Assembly (NCBI GenBank): GCA_035628505.1 | Contig: DASPJR010000088.1 | Coordinates: 30,765-94,764 of the forward strand | Source: Planctomycetota bacterium | Lineage (GTDB): Bacteria > Planctomycetota > SZUA-567 > H5-PLA8 | Length of the DNA stretch: 64,000 bases | Direction of reading: 5' to 3' | In this document: positions 11,020 to 22,400 of the stretch, in pieces | Layout of the letters: the number at the start of each line of letters is the position of its first letter | How positions within the stretch are numbered: the stretch's first letter is position 1 | Notes under the pieces: model-generated | Seen by the model: only the letters and a program-made list of their open reading frames with translations | Databases searched by the model: none | What the model was told of the DNA's origin: nothing | Program-made: the position numbers and the translations under genes

Positions 11020-11205
11020 CGATAATTCTCCGGCACCCCGACTTGGCAAGTCTTGCGAAATTGCGCGCGATATCATTGCGCGGCAGTTCACACATTTGGT
11101 AAATACAACAACTTCAATCCGAACGATACGGGTTACATAGTTCAAGTTCCCTGCGTAGACGTTGGCTGAAGACGTACGTGAGAACGAACGGAGAGGTGAG
11201 GCAGC

Positions 11206-12162
11206 ATGGCACAGCGGCGGTACTTCAAGGAATTACGCATGCAGCAGTTTCGTTCTCTGGTTCAGACGCGGCGGCACGGCTCGTTCACGGCCGCGGCACG
11301 GGAACTTAATCTGTCACGAACGTCCGTGTGGCAGCAGATCCGCGCTCTCGAAGAGGATTTCGGCGTCGAGCTGGTTGTTGTTGTCGACCACCAGCCGCAA
11401 CTCACCGGCGAGGGAGAGTTGCTCGTGAACATGCTCTCGCCATTGGTCGATGAATTCGACACGCTGAAAGATAATTTCCTTTCGAAGATTAATCGTGTAG
11501 AGCAGAAGCTGACAGTCGCTACCACAACCAGCCTGCTCCATTACGAACTCGACGAGCCAACCGCTGAATTCCGCAAGAAATGTCCGGAGGTGTCCCTAAG
11601 CTTCATTGATCGCACTTCTGCGGCCGCTGCGGAACTTCTGCTGCAGGCGAAAGCCGATCTGGCGGTAATCGGAAGCATTAAGGGCCTGACGGATGAAGCC
11701 AGCCTCGAAATCGTGCCGCTGCTGCAGTGCCCCTTCGTGCTGGCCTGCCGCAAGAATCATCCTCTGGCAAAGAAAAGTAAGATCACGGTCAAGGAACTGA
11801 AAGATCACCCGTTGATCGTACCGAGCGTCGGCACGAACGGAAGGATGCGTATCGACTCAATCCTGGAGCACGCCGGCGTTAGCGAAAAGCTTCATGTCGT
11901 TTTGCAATCGTATAACAGCGCTGTGATGCTGGCCTATGCAGAGAAAAATCTCGGAGCGGCGCTACTGTCACTCAGCCCCAGGTTGATGGCCCTTCATAAT
12001 AAAGAACTAGTGTTCAAGGATCTTTCCAGCGTGTTCGGGTCCGAAGATGTGGTGCTTGTAAAAAGAAAGGCTCGCTTCAAAAGCCTTCAACGCCCCTATG
12101 TGGAGGAATTTGCAAATCTGGTCATCAAAAGTATTCGTTCAGATCGTTCGCTTCGACAATAG
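11206..12162 (+). CDS. LysR-family transcriptional regulator
   Basis: N-terminal HTH (LRMQQFRSLVQTRRHGSFTAAARELNLSRTSVWQQIRALEEDFG) followed by a LysR substrate-binding domain. Good RBS (GGAGAGGTGAGG). Divergent from the peptidase operon. Confidence 0.85.
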   Translation: MAQRRYFKELRMQQFRSLVQTRRHGSFTAAARELNLSRTSVWQQIRALEEDFGVELVVVVDHQPQLTGEGELLVNMLSPLVDEFDTLKDNFLSKINRVEQKLTVATTTSLLHYELDEPTAEFRKKCPEVSLSFIDRTSAAAAELLLQAKADLAVIGSIKGLTDEASLEIVPLLQCPFVLACRKNHPLAKKSKITVKELKDHPLIVPSVGTNGRMRIDSILEHAGVSEKLHVVLQSYNSAVMLAYAEKNLGAALLSLSPRLMALHNKELVFKDLSSVFGSEDVVLVKRKARFKSLQRPYVEEFANLVIKSIRSDRSLRQ

Positions 12163-12221
12163 CAGTCCCCAAACGCCGCATTATTGCTTAGCCCGTCTTT
12201 CCCGCAGTGGTGTATCTAGTG

Positions 12222-15200
12222 CTGATGCAAATCCGCTATGAAAATACTCGTCTGGTCCGCCTTCTTTTGACCGCGGTGCTTGCCGGCATCTTGGGAATTG
12301 GTGTCGGCGTAAACACGCTCGCCGGAGAATTTCCGGAGATCTACGACACTGAGCCTGACACGAAGACGCCACGGCTGGCGCCGCTCGCTGCCGCCGAGCA
12401 GTTTAAAGTGCCGGATGGCTTTAAGGTAACCCTGTTTGCCGGTGAGCCGGACGTGCGCAACCCGGTTGCGTTGACGTGGGATTCACGCGGGCGGCTCTGG
12501 GTGGCGGAGAACTACACCTACGCGGATCGCAATAAAAAATTCGACCGCAACCTGCGCGATCGGGTGCTCATCTTCGAAGATGCCGACGGCGACGGACGTT
12601 TTGATTCGCGCAGGGTGTTTACGGAGCAGGTCCAGTTTCTGACAAGCGTGGAAGTTGGATTCGGTGGCGTCTGGCTGACGTGTTCCCCTCACCTGCTGTT
12701 CATCCCAGACGCCAACCACGATGATGTTCCTGATGGCGCGCCCCAAGTCATGCTCGATGGCTTCAGTATCGGCACTGACAATTATCACACGATGGCAAAT
12801 GGGCTGCGCTGGGGGCCGGATGGCTGGCTCTATGGACGATGCGGCGCATCGAGTCCCGGACTCATCGGCACTCCCGGAACTTCCCCGGATAAGCGTGTGC
12901 CGTTGAATGGCGGAATCTGGCGCTTTCATCCGCGCACTAAGGTTTTTGAAGTGCTGGCGCACGGCACAACGAATCCATGGGGAATGGATTGGAATGACGT
13001 TGGTGAGACATTCTTCACCAACACAGTCACTGGCCATTTCTGGCACCTGATTCCCGGTGCGCACTTCAGGCGCTCGGCGACTGTTGATCCCAACCCCTAC
13101 GCCTACGTCCTGATGGAGCAGCACGCCGATCATCAGCATTTTGCCAATAAGCTGCTCGGCGCGGAGGCAGACAGCCACGGTGGCGGTCACGCACACTGCG
13201 GCCTGCTCATCTATTCCGGAGACAATTGGCCCGCTCCGTACCGTGGACGGATGTTCACGCTGAATCTGCATGGCCGCCGGATCAACTCGGATCGCATTGA
13301 GCGCGAAGGTTCAGGCTATGTATCCCGGCATGAGGCTGACTTCGCATTCGCTGCAGACCTCTGGTTCCGGGGGTTGGAATTGTCCTGCGGGCCCGATGGC
13401 GGAGTCTTTGCGCTCGACTGGAGCGACGTTGGAGAATGCCACGAACACAACGGGATTCATCGCAGTTCCGGACGGATTTTTAAAATCGCTCACGGCACGC
13501 CGAAGCGCTCAGAAAGCAGAGATCTTGCCGCACTCAGCCCCATTGAGCTTGTGCGCCTGCATGAACATACCAACGAGTGGTACTGCCGGATGGCGCGGCT
13601 GCAGCTTCTGGAACGGGCGCGAGCAAACGTCAAAATAGATGCGGCGTTTCCCGAATTGAACCGTCTTATCGAAGGCAGTGCGCCGGAACCCACGCGCATC
13701 CGTGCCCTTTGCACGTTGAACGTGCTGGGTGGAATTACTCACGAGCGCAAGCGCGAACTGCTCCGCGACCGAAGCGAGCATGTCCGCGTATGGGCGCTTC
13801 GATTTCTCACGGACGAATTACCGCTGGATACCGTTATGGGACGCCGGCATCCGCAAGCGACGGACGATCTGCGGGCTGAACTGCTTTCTGACCTGACGCG
13901 CGCCGCACGAGAGGATGCGTTTGGGCTAATGCGTCTGATGCTGGTCTCCGCCATGCAGCGGTTGCCCCATGCGAGCCGGAAAATTCTGGCGGAACCACTT
14001 CTGATGCACGCCAAAGATGCTTCTGATCACAACATACCCATCATGGCATGGTACGGGCTGATGCCGCTGGCCGAGAGCGCCCCAGCCGATTTGGCACGGC
14101 TGGGAGCGGTCTGCAAGTTTCCACTGACGCGGCGTCTTATCGCGCGCCGACTGGCGGAGTCAATCCGCGACGACACCGCACCGCTGGATATTTTACTGAA
14201 CGCGGCTGCAACTGATGCAGTGGTTGCTCGCGACGTGCTGAACGGGATGAGCGAGGGTTTGCAAGGACTGCGCAAAGCGCCGAAGCCGGCCCGCTGGGAT
14301 GCACTTGCGGGAAAGCTTGCGGCAGACGCAGCAGTTGGCGAACGTGTGCGCGAGTTGAGTCTGCTGTTCGGCGACGGCCGCGCGCTTGACGAGGTGAAAC
14401 GAATCGCGCTGGATGCTGAAGCTCCGCTGGCGGCGCGGCGTTCGGCGTTGCAGACATTGATCGAAAGCCGGCCGCCAGACCTGCGCGAGATCTGCGAGAA
14501 CCTCCTGCAGGTACGCTTCCTCAATGCGACGGCGGCAAAGGGCCTGGCACTTTTCGATGACGCAGCGATTGGCGTTAAGCTCGCGAAGAGCTATCGCAAC
14601 TTTCATCCCACCGACCGTGGAAGTGTAATTGAAACACTGGTCTCGCGGCCAACGTTTGCAGTGGCGCTTTTGGAAGAGATCGGCGCCGGGCGCATTCCGC
14701 GCGGTGATCTGCCGGCGTTTCAGGCGCGGCAGATTTCCAGCTTCAACGACGAGTCCATCAGCAAGCGCCTCACGGAAGTGTGGGGGCAATTGCGCGAAGC
14801 GGATGACGAAAAACGCCAGCTCATTACGGGCTTAAAGACGCAGCTCACGACGGAGACACTCTCAGCCGGCGACAAGAGTCGCGGTCGAGCGATGTACAAT
14901 AAGGTCTGCGCGAGCTGTCACTCGCTCTATGGCGAAGGCGGCCGCATCGGCCCGGATTTGACCGGCTCGGGACGCGCCGATCTGAGCTACCTGCTCGACA
15001 ACATTGTGGATCCCAGCGCGGTGGTCGGCGCGGACTTTCGCATGACGATCGTGATCCTGACAGATGGCCGGGTTCTGAATGGCATCGTCGCCGCACGCAC
15101 CGAGCGGACGCTCACGCTTCAAACGCCTACAGAGCGGATCACAATTGAGAAGAGCGAAATAAAAAAGACGCGCGAGTCCCCACAGTCGCTGATGCCGGAA

Positions 15201-15293
15201 GGGCTGCTTCAGGCACTTACGGCAGAGGAGGTTCGCGACTTATTTGCGTACCTGATGCATCCAACGCAGGTTCCGCTTGCAGAAGGGAAGTAG
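12222..15293 (+). CDS. PVC-type heme-binding CxxCH protein (membrane-bound dehydrogenase domain, HEAT repeats, C-terminal cytochrome c)
   Basis: Signal peptide / TM segment, then a beta-propeller-like dehydrogenase region, then HEAT-like helical repeats, then a C-terminal CASCH heme-binding motif. This architecture is typical of planctomycete-type CxxCH proteins. Confidence 0.7.
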   Translation: MMQIRYENTRLVRLLLTAVLAGILGIGVGVNTLAGEFPEIYDTEPDTKTPRLAPLAAAEQFKVPDGFKVTLFAGEPDVRNPVALTWDSRGRLWVAENYTYADRNKKFDRNLRDRVLIFEDADGDGRFDSRRVFTEQVQFLTSVEVGFGGVWLTCSPHLLFIPDANHDDVPDGAPQVMLDGFSIGTDNYHTMANGLRWGPDGWLYGRCGASSPGLIGTPGTSPDKRVPLNGGIWRFHPRTKVFEVLAHGTTNPWGMDWNDVGETFFTNTVTGHFWHLIPGAHFRRSATVDPNPYAYVLMEQHADHQHFANKLLGAEADSHGGGHAHCGLLIYSGDNWPAPYRGRMFTLNLHGRRINSDRIEREGSGYVSRHEADFAFAADLWFRGLELSCGPDGGVFALDWSDVGECHEHNGIHRSSGRIFKIAHGTPKRSESRDLAALSPIELVRLHEHTNEWYCRMARLQLLERARANVKIDAAFPELNRLIEGSAPEPTRIRALCTLNVLGGITHERKRELLRDRSEHVRVWALRFLTDELPLDTVMGRRHPQATDDLRAELLSDLTRAAREDAFGLMRLMLVSAMQRLPHASRKILAEPLLMHAKDASDHNIPIMAWYGLMPLAESAPADLARLGAVCKFPLTRRLIARRLAESIRDDTAPLDILLNAAATDAVVARDVLNGMSEGLQGLRKAPKPARWDALAGKLAADAAVGERVRELSLLFGDGRALDEVKRIALDAEAPLAARRSALQTLIESRPPDLREICENLLQVRFLNATAAKGLALFDDAAIGVKLAKSYRNFHPTDRGSVIETLVSRPTFAVALLEEIGAGRIPRGDLPAFQARQISSFNDESISKRLTEVWGQLREADDEKRQLITGLKTQLTTETLSAGDKSRGRAMYNKVCASCHSLYGEGGRIGPDLTGSGRADLSYLLDNIVDPSAVVGADFRMTIVILTDGRVLNGIVAARTERTLTLQTPTERITIEKSEIKKTRESPQSLMPEGLLQALTAEEVRDLFAYLMHPTQVPLAEGK

Positions 15294-15483
15294 GCGCCTC
15301 CCAAATACTCCGTTCAACCTGCGCTATCGCCGCGATTAATCCAATTAAAGAAACATATAATATCTTCCTGCCGGTCTCGAGCGTATCCCGTACTCGCGGA
15401 CTATGTAATCCTGCCGGGTTCTACATTTCGTCCTGAATGGCACAGGGCCTGAGGATTGCATCACCTCTTGCGAGGGCTCGGGA

Positions 15484-16008
15484 GTGATGATGTCTAAAGG
15501 TGAAAAACCACAATTGCGCGGCCTGGAGGTGGACGAGGACTTACAATTTGAGCAGCGCGATTGGATTGTTCAGAGAGTTGCCTGGACTGTAATGCTTCTC
15601 GTTGCGATTGCCGCGCTGCTCGGACTGCTCGGCCACGGCCCTCTTACACGCCTTACAGCAGCTGACGAAAAGGGCCTGCTTACGGCGAAGTATTATCGCT
15701 TCGAGCGCGCACAAGGTCCAAGCGACATAACGCTCAACATTGGCGCAGACGCCCTCAAGGGTTCTGAGGCACGCATCTGGGTAAGTAAAACATTTTTTAC
15801 GGCTGTCGAATTGGAAAAAGTAGTGCCAGAACCCATTCGCGTGGAATCGGCTGCGGATCGGCTTACCTACGTTTTTCATATCGAAAGTAAAACTCCGGCC
15901 GCCTGGGTCCGGTTTCATTTTAAACCGCAGGAATTTTGGAACCACAAGGTGCGGATCGGTCTCGAGGATGTGACGGAACTCAGCTTCCAACAGTTCGTTT
16001 GGCCCTGA
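15484..16008 (+). CDS. Hypothetical membrane protein
   Basis: ORF with one predicted TM segment (VAWTVMLLVAIAALLGLLG). No family recognised. Confidence 0.4.
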   Translation: MMMSKGEKPQLRGLEVDEDLQFEQRDWIVQRVAWTVMLLVAIAALLGLLGHGPLTRLTAADEKGLLTAKYYRFERAQGPSDITLNIGADALKGSEARIWVSKTFFTAVELEKVVPEPIRVESAADRLTYVFHIESKTPAAWVRFHFKPQEFWNHKVRIGLEDVTELSFQQFVWP

Positions 16009-16044
16009 TCCTGAAGTTGTTGTCTGGTTTTGGAGTATTGAAGC

Positions 16045-16491
16045 ATGGAGTCGGTTCTGCGTGGCGCAGTAGTTTATCTATTCGTATGGGTAATTATTCG
16101 GATTGCCGGAAAGAGAACGATGGCAGAGGCGACGACGTTCGATTTAGTGCTGCTGCTCATCATCAGCGAAACAACCCAGCAGGCGATGATCGACAGCGAT
16201 CATTCTGTAACGAATGCCTTTCTGCTCATTATTACACTCGTAGGAATCGACATCCTGATCTCGCTTTTTAAGCAGCGCTCCAGCACGCTCGAGAAGTTTA
16301 TGGATGGCGTGCCCCTTGTCGTGCTGGAAAATGGCAAGCTGCTGAAAGAACGAATGGACAAAGTCAGAGTTGACGAATCGGACATCCTCTCCGAAGCGCG
16401 GAAGGCGCATGGGCTGGAAAGGCTGGACCAGATCAAGTATGCCGTGCTCGAACGTAACGGCGGTATCAGCATAATCCCATATTCGGAGTGA
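16045..16491 (+). CDS. DUF421 (YetF-like) membrane protein
   Basis: The N-terminal TM pair and the C-terminal [45 protein letters not shown] region resemble the DUF421/YetF family. Confidence 0.6.
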   Translation: MESVLRGAVVYLFVWVIIRIAGKRTMAEATTFDLVLLLIISETTQQAMIDSDHSVTNAFLLIITLVGIDILISLFKQRSSTLEKFMDGVPLVVLENGKLLKERMDKVRVDESDILSEARKAHGLERLDQIKYAVLERNGGISIIPYSE

Positions 16492-16508
16492 GGGACTTGT
16501 GGAGCGAG

Positions 16509-18685
16509 CTAAACGGCTTCTGTTGTCGTCAGCTCAGCCTGGGAAATTGCAGCCTCCAGAACGGTCAGGTCAACTGGCTTTGTTAAGTGCAGATGAAAGC
16601 CAGAGTCCCGCGCGCGCTGCCGATCCTGCGCCTGGCCGTACCCCGTTAGTGCGATAAAGCGGGTCTTTGAAAGGATCGGATTGCTTCGCATGGTTCTGCA
16701 TACGTCGTAGCCGCTGAGATCCGGCAGTCCGATATCGCAGATTACAATTTCTGGTTTTAGCTCGGCAGCCCTGTTGATGCCCCTTTGTCCTGTATTCTCG
16801 GCGGACACGCGGTGCCCATTGAGCTCCAGCATCAAGGATAAACTTTCGGCCGCGTCCACATTGTCTTCGATAATCAGAATCCTGCGCCCGGGTCGACCCA
16901 TAGGGCTGATCACTGCAGCGGAGTGCTCTTCTTCCTCCGACACATCGATGGGAATCTCGATCACGAAACTGCTGCCTTTACCTACTCCACCGCTCGCAAC
17001 GCGAATTTCTCCGTCGTGGAGAGAGACAATACCTCGTACGATTGCGAGCCCTAAACCCAGGCCGCCGCGACTGCGGTTCAGACTTCGGTCTGCCTGGCTG
17101 AACGGCTCAAACAATTCATTCAGCAGCTGAGGTTCAATACCAATCCCCGTATCGCGGACCTCGATCCTTGAATGACATGAATCAAGGACTGAAACACTCA
17201 GGGAAACCTCGCCTCCGGGATCGGTGAATTTCGCGGCATTGCTCAGCAAGTTCTCCATGACCTGGGTTATGCGTGTTGAGTCCGCCTTGATCCATACTGG
17301 GTCGCTGGGAAGATCGACCGAGAGCCGCAATCCCGCCTTTTCAAGGGCAGGCCTGTTATCATCAGCGACTGTTTGCGCGAGTGCGCAAAGATCGAGACGC
17401 TCGCGTTGCAGATGAAATTTGCCGCGCGTAATGCGCGAGATCTCGAGAAGATCATCAATCATGCGCGCCAGATGCTTGACCTGGCGTTCGATGACGCCGC
17501 TCGAGCGGGCGATCAGCCCGTCGTTTCCCGCTGACTGCCGCAGAACATACGCGGCGTTGCGAATCGGCCCCAACGGATTCCTGAGTTCATGCCCCAGCAC
17601 CGCGAGAAAATGGTTCTTTCTGCGGTCTGCTTCAAGCAGCGATTCTTCAGCTCTTTTTCGCTCTGTGACGTCGTGAACCACAACAAAAAAACCCGCCAGT
17701 TCGAAACCCCGCCAGTGAGGAATATAGGACATTTCAGTATGCCGAATCTCGCCGTTGGGCAGGATCGTTGGCGCATCGAAGTGAACGGCTTCACCGTGTT
17801 GTACACGCTGGATGAACGGTTCACGTACTTAAACGTTTCTTCCCCGAGAAGTTCCCGCACGTGCATGCCGCGAATGTCACTGGTGCGAACCCCGAACCAG
17901 TCCTCATAGGCCGCGTTTATGAACTGGTAACGAAGGTCTTCATCTATGTAGCCAATCAAAACGGGGACGCTGTCGGTCACGATACGCAGCCACTGCTCGC
18001 TGTCAGCTAGCGCCGCTTCAATACGTTTGCGTTCAGCGATCTCCCGTTCAAGTTCGGCATTCGCGTGTTCAGCGGCAGCCTGGCGGGATGCGACTTCCCA
18101 CATTTCAGCTATGCCTTGACGTGTCGCGAGGATCAGGAAGGCGTTCTCAAAAGTGACCCACCACAGGTGCTCCAGCCACCGCCAGTTGCTGGTAACGATG
18201 ACGCCGAATACGGATTGCGGCCAGTACATTCCGCGCAGCCAGTGGTCGGTGATCACAACGAGTGAGGCCGTCACCAGGACGCGCCAGTCACGGTAGAACG
18301 CGAGAAACGCGAGAGAACCAAAGACGTGAAAATGAGTTTCAATTCGGCCGCCTGTCAGGTGGATCAGCAGCGCCGAGAACAGCATCTGTGCCACGCTAAC
18401 AACGTGTCGCGTGTGTGCCTTTCCCGGCGCCATCAGCACCAGCACGACCGGGAACAGTGCGATCGTACCACCCAGAAACACAGCGGCCCACACGTGTACA
18501 TGCACGGCGCTGCTGGCTCCGGTCCACGTGCGTGGTGAAATGAACAGTGCCACACCAATGCAGGCCAGCCACTGTACCAGCATCAACGCTGCAAACAGCC
18601 GGTCCGTTCGCTGGAAGACCCGCTGCTGATGTTCGGAAAAGAGAGCAGCGGCGCGCGCCGCTGTTTTGTCGTTTACACAGGGCAT
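16509..18685 (-). pseudogene. Hybrid sensor histidine kinase (membrane sensor, PAS, HisKA, HATPase, receiver) interrupted by a -1 frameshift near 17815-17830
   Basis: ORF 17513..18685 encodes TM helices and the start of a PAS domain ending ...LLGEETFKYV. The adjacent frame (ORF 16509..17732, extended upstream) continues EPFIQRVQHGEAVHFDAPTILPNGEIRHTEMSYIPHW...HDVTERKRAEE. It then has an H-box (HELRNPLGPI), ATPase G-boxes and a receiver domain. A single missing base near gtgaacc would fuse the two frames. Confidence 0.6.
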
Positions 18686-18688
18686 TAA

Positions 18689-19276
18689 CTATCTCGAAAT
18701 CTCACGCTGAATCTGGCAGCCATAAACAGGAGCATTCGTGGTGGCAGGCGTCTCGCCGTTCAAGCGCGCCAGAATTGCAGAGCGGCCGATACTTTCCCCG
18801 CGCTGCCCGCGCGAGGACGTCAATCCTCCATGAAAAAGGAGCGTACCTGTTGGGCCGTACAAAACCGCGTCTCCGGACGTCGGCGCCCCCAGTTGCTCAG
18901 CGGCGAGGCCGTCGACGTCAATCACACGTTGCACGCCAGGCAGAGTCGCTGCCTCACGCCATAACCGAGTATCCACCCAGTTATCTTCCTGATCTTTTGG
19001 CTTGTAGAAAAAGATCACCACATCAAGTCCATTCGGCGCCTGCGAAATGACATGTGTCAATTCATCCAGCGTGGCGGCGGAACAGGGACATTTCGGATGG
19101 AGCGCCAGGTACAATTTATGTCTTGTCGATTCAGCTGAGGAAAAACCCTGGGGCTTGCTGAGTGGCGAATTGCCGGTCTTGCCTGGAATAGAACCGTACC
19201 GCATCAATTGCAACGTTCCCAGGATGCTTAATGCAAGCCAAATAAACAGAAGTCCCCAGTGAAATACGATTCGCAT
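18689..19276 (-). CDS. Membrane-anchored thioredoxin-fold-like hypothetical protein
   Basis: Internal ATG at 19276 (MRIVFHWGLLFIWLALSILG, signal/TM). Contains CPC (HPKCPCS). Sits between the frameshifted histidine kinase and the multiheme cytochrome. Function uncertain. Confidence 0.4.
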   Translation of the reverse strand: MRIVFHWGLLFIWLALSILGTLQLMRYGSIPGKTGNSPLSKPQGFSSAESTRHKLYLALHPKCPCSAATLDELTHVISQAPNGLDVVIFFYKPKDQEDNWVDTRLWREAATLPGVQRVIDVDGLAAEQLGAPTSGDAVLYGPTGTLLFHGGLTSSRGQRGESIGRSAILARLNGETPATTNAPVYGCQIQREISR

Positions 19277-19412
19277 ATTTAGATTCAAACGCAGCCCACT
19301 CGAATGGAGAGGACACCGTTAGTACATGTTGAAGGAGAGATCGAGTATTCCCCATTGACAAGAAGGCGGGTTTTGCCGAGCTACCCATTAGCAAAGATGT
19401 CGGGATTATTGC

Positions 19413-22400
19413 TCAGGGAACTGGAATCTCATTGAGTGTGTACGCCGCATGCGGGTTAACAAGGGCGTCGCCGGTAGCGGACTTTACCCCCGCTGCGCCG
19501 ATCATGTAGACTCGATCCCTGATCAGCGCGCCTGTCCGGATCTCGACCGAGCGCCCGTCAGCGGCCACGGCGATCTTTTCAATGCTTAAAGGCATTCGAT
19601 CCAGTTCCGGCGATCCATACGAGCCCGTGTACTCATAGCGGTAGTGTTCGATCGCGTAAGACTCGGGCAGGCCTGCCAGCTTCGCGTCGACGGCTTGTGT
19701 GAAATTCAAGCGGAAGCCCTGGGGCCTTACGTTGATGGAATGAATTTCGAACGGAGTCTGTCCCGTGAAATCGATTCGGAACAAAGCGCCTCGATCCGGC
19801 TGTGCCATCCAGCCGGGTTCGGTGATGCTTCCAACGAAGAGCCGCCCACGTGGATCGAATGCCAGTGTCAGCGGCCCAAGCAGCCCCTTGCCCCAGAACG
19901 GAAAACAGGCACCCTGGTACTCGCCATTCACTTTTTCCAGACTCGCGCGAATGATGGCGCCGCCATACATCAACTCCGCCAGGAAGAATTGGCCCTTGAA
20001 GGGACCGAACTTTTCCCCAGAGTTATAGGTCACACCGTTAATCGAACGCCCCCACGCATACGGCACCCACAGCGCGGTTTTCCCTGGGGGTTTTGTCGCG
20101 TGCTCCTTCTGATCAGGGTTGGGAAAACCGTAGTACCGTCCCTTCACCACATGGCAGAGCTTGTTTGTGGCAACCCATTCGCCCTGGTTGTCTGTGTAGA
20201 AGATTTCGGAGTCCGGTCCGTTGCACCAGCCCAGTGGATTGCGGAATCCAAAGGCGATTTCTTCGGGCTTCTCGCCTGGAATCAGGCGAATTGCCGAGCC
20301 TGATCCGGGAAGCTTGCGATTGGCATACGGCGCAAAACTGATCACCAGGGCACCCGTCTTGTCACGCACAAGGCCATAGCCGTAGTCGTATGTTTCAGCA
20401 ATGCCGTGCGGAAGCGCAAACACACGTTCAAAATTTGTTGCCCTGCCGCCTGTCTCCGTAATGCGTGTCACATTTCGCCGATGAAGTACGTACAATCCGT
20501 CTTTCTCCGCCAGCATCGCATAGACTTCCTGAAACAGCCCGCCCGCGTAGTTTTCGAATTGCGCGCCCTTCCCGTCATCGGCTTGGTCCCGAAGCACGAA
20601 AAGCTCACCGTTCTTCATTGAAGCGACGAAGACACGACCGTCGATGGGGTGAACCGCCACCGCGCCCGGCATCAGCAGATCTTCGCCGGTAACAGTTTTC
20701 GGCCGCGGATAGACAATCGCACGGTATCCGGGGCGTTCGAGCGAGCCGCCAATCGGTCCGGGATCCGGCAGTTGCGGGTAGTTCGTGGGCGGTGGCGACG
20801 CCACGTTTTTCAAGTCGTGCGTTACGCTCTTCACCGGCAAGCCTGACCATTGAATTTCATGCGTCAGTTTGCGAGCCGTGACTCGGAACGTTTCGCTTCC
20901 CTCGATTGATTTCTCTGCATACCGCGCGAGCAGCTTAATGCGCGCGCCATCTGCCAATCGTTCGTACCCAAGCAGTTCGACTGCTTGCGGCGGAGATGTC
21001 AGAGCGTCGATTGCAGACGAGGCTGTGAACTCTGTAAGCGCTACGCCTGCCAACGAGAAAGTGCGTGTGCGCCCACGCACGTTTCTTAAAATCTGCGCAC
21101 CCGAGTACGCTCCGCGTAACTTCAGTGCTCCAATATCGTAAACCAGCAGGTCGTGCGAACCGTACGCCACGCAAATGCTTTCAACGTTCGCTTTGTCCGG
21201 CAAGCGTATGGGAATCTGCGCAACCAGCGGAGGCGCGCCGGCAGGCGGAATGTCAACAGGCACCGCGGGAAGCGGCTTGGGGCTCGGCGCCTCCTTTCCG
21301 AGAGAAAGATAAGCCCAGATCGCTTCCTTCTGCCGAGCCACGTCGCCATCCAGAACAGATTTGATCGTCGCGGGCTGGCCATGCGTAAAGATCTGCGGCA
21401 TGACTGTTCCGGGAACAATGCGTGCAGGCTCGTCCATCCAGCGATCGAACCAATCGCGCCGAATGCGCTGCGTTGTGGTTGTAAGGTCCGGGCCCACCGC
21501 GCCTGGATCGCCTTCGTTCAGCTGCGCGCCATTCCACGTGTGGCAGGAAACACAGGAGTAGCCTTCAAATCCGACCAGCGAGGCGCCCGGTCCGGTCAAC
21601 GTGGGATCAGTTTCCTTCTTAGCCGCCGACGGCGGGCTTACCACGTCACCATCCATCTCAGCAAGCGCCTGAATAATGCTTTCGACATGCGCGCCATAGT
21701 GGGGCATGACGAAGGAGTAACTTTTGTAGCGCACACCGCTCACGCCCTGACGCAAGGCGCTGGAGAGATACTCACGCGTGTACTTCGCCAGCGCGTTGTT
21801 CAACCGCGGCGTTCGCAGGAAGGGAACGGTCTGCAGGAACGCCCCACCCACGGATGCGCTGGCTTCTTCCAGCGGAGGCGGACGATCGTCCACACTGTGG
21901 CAGCGAAAACATCCCAGGCGGCCGATTAACAGCCTGCGATCTTCCACAGGCGATGCATGGCGCTCGCGCGTTGAAACAGATGTGTACGCCACGAGAGCTT
22001 TGCGCGTGGACTCATCCAATTTGAAGCGGACGCTTCCGCTGTCGGAAAGACACCCCGCAACTTTCTCCGGAGTAAGCGGAATCATCTGTTTTTCTGCTTG
22101 AGGCAGCCCCGCGTGACACGCAGCACAACCTTTCGTGCGCAGGAGTGAAATTGCCGCGCCGCTCTTGTCGGGCGCTCCGAGCCTCTTGACCGCCGCGTCC
22201 AGTTCGGCGTCGCTCACAGGAGCTTCCCGTGTGGCAGGCGCGGCCTGTTGCTTGCACCATAGCAACAGATACGCGGCCAGATCACGAGCGGCCTCTGCGG
22301 ACAGCGCGAATTGCGGATGCCTTCCATCCGGGTAGCGGACAATGGGATTCTTCAGGAATTCAGCCAGTTGCGCCGCCGGAAGGCGGTCGGCCAGGCCGTC

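Noticed and set aside
12483-13271. 262-aa minus-strand ORF
   Set aside because: Antisense to the PVC-type heme protein gene.
21153-21929. 258-aa plus-strand ORF, plus many smaller ones between 19644 and 23424
   Set aside because: Antisense to the five-heme cytochrome gene. The products are Arg-rich with no motifs.
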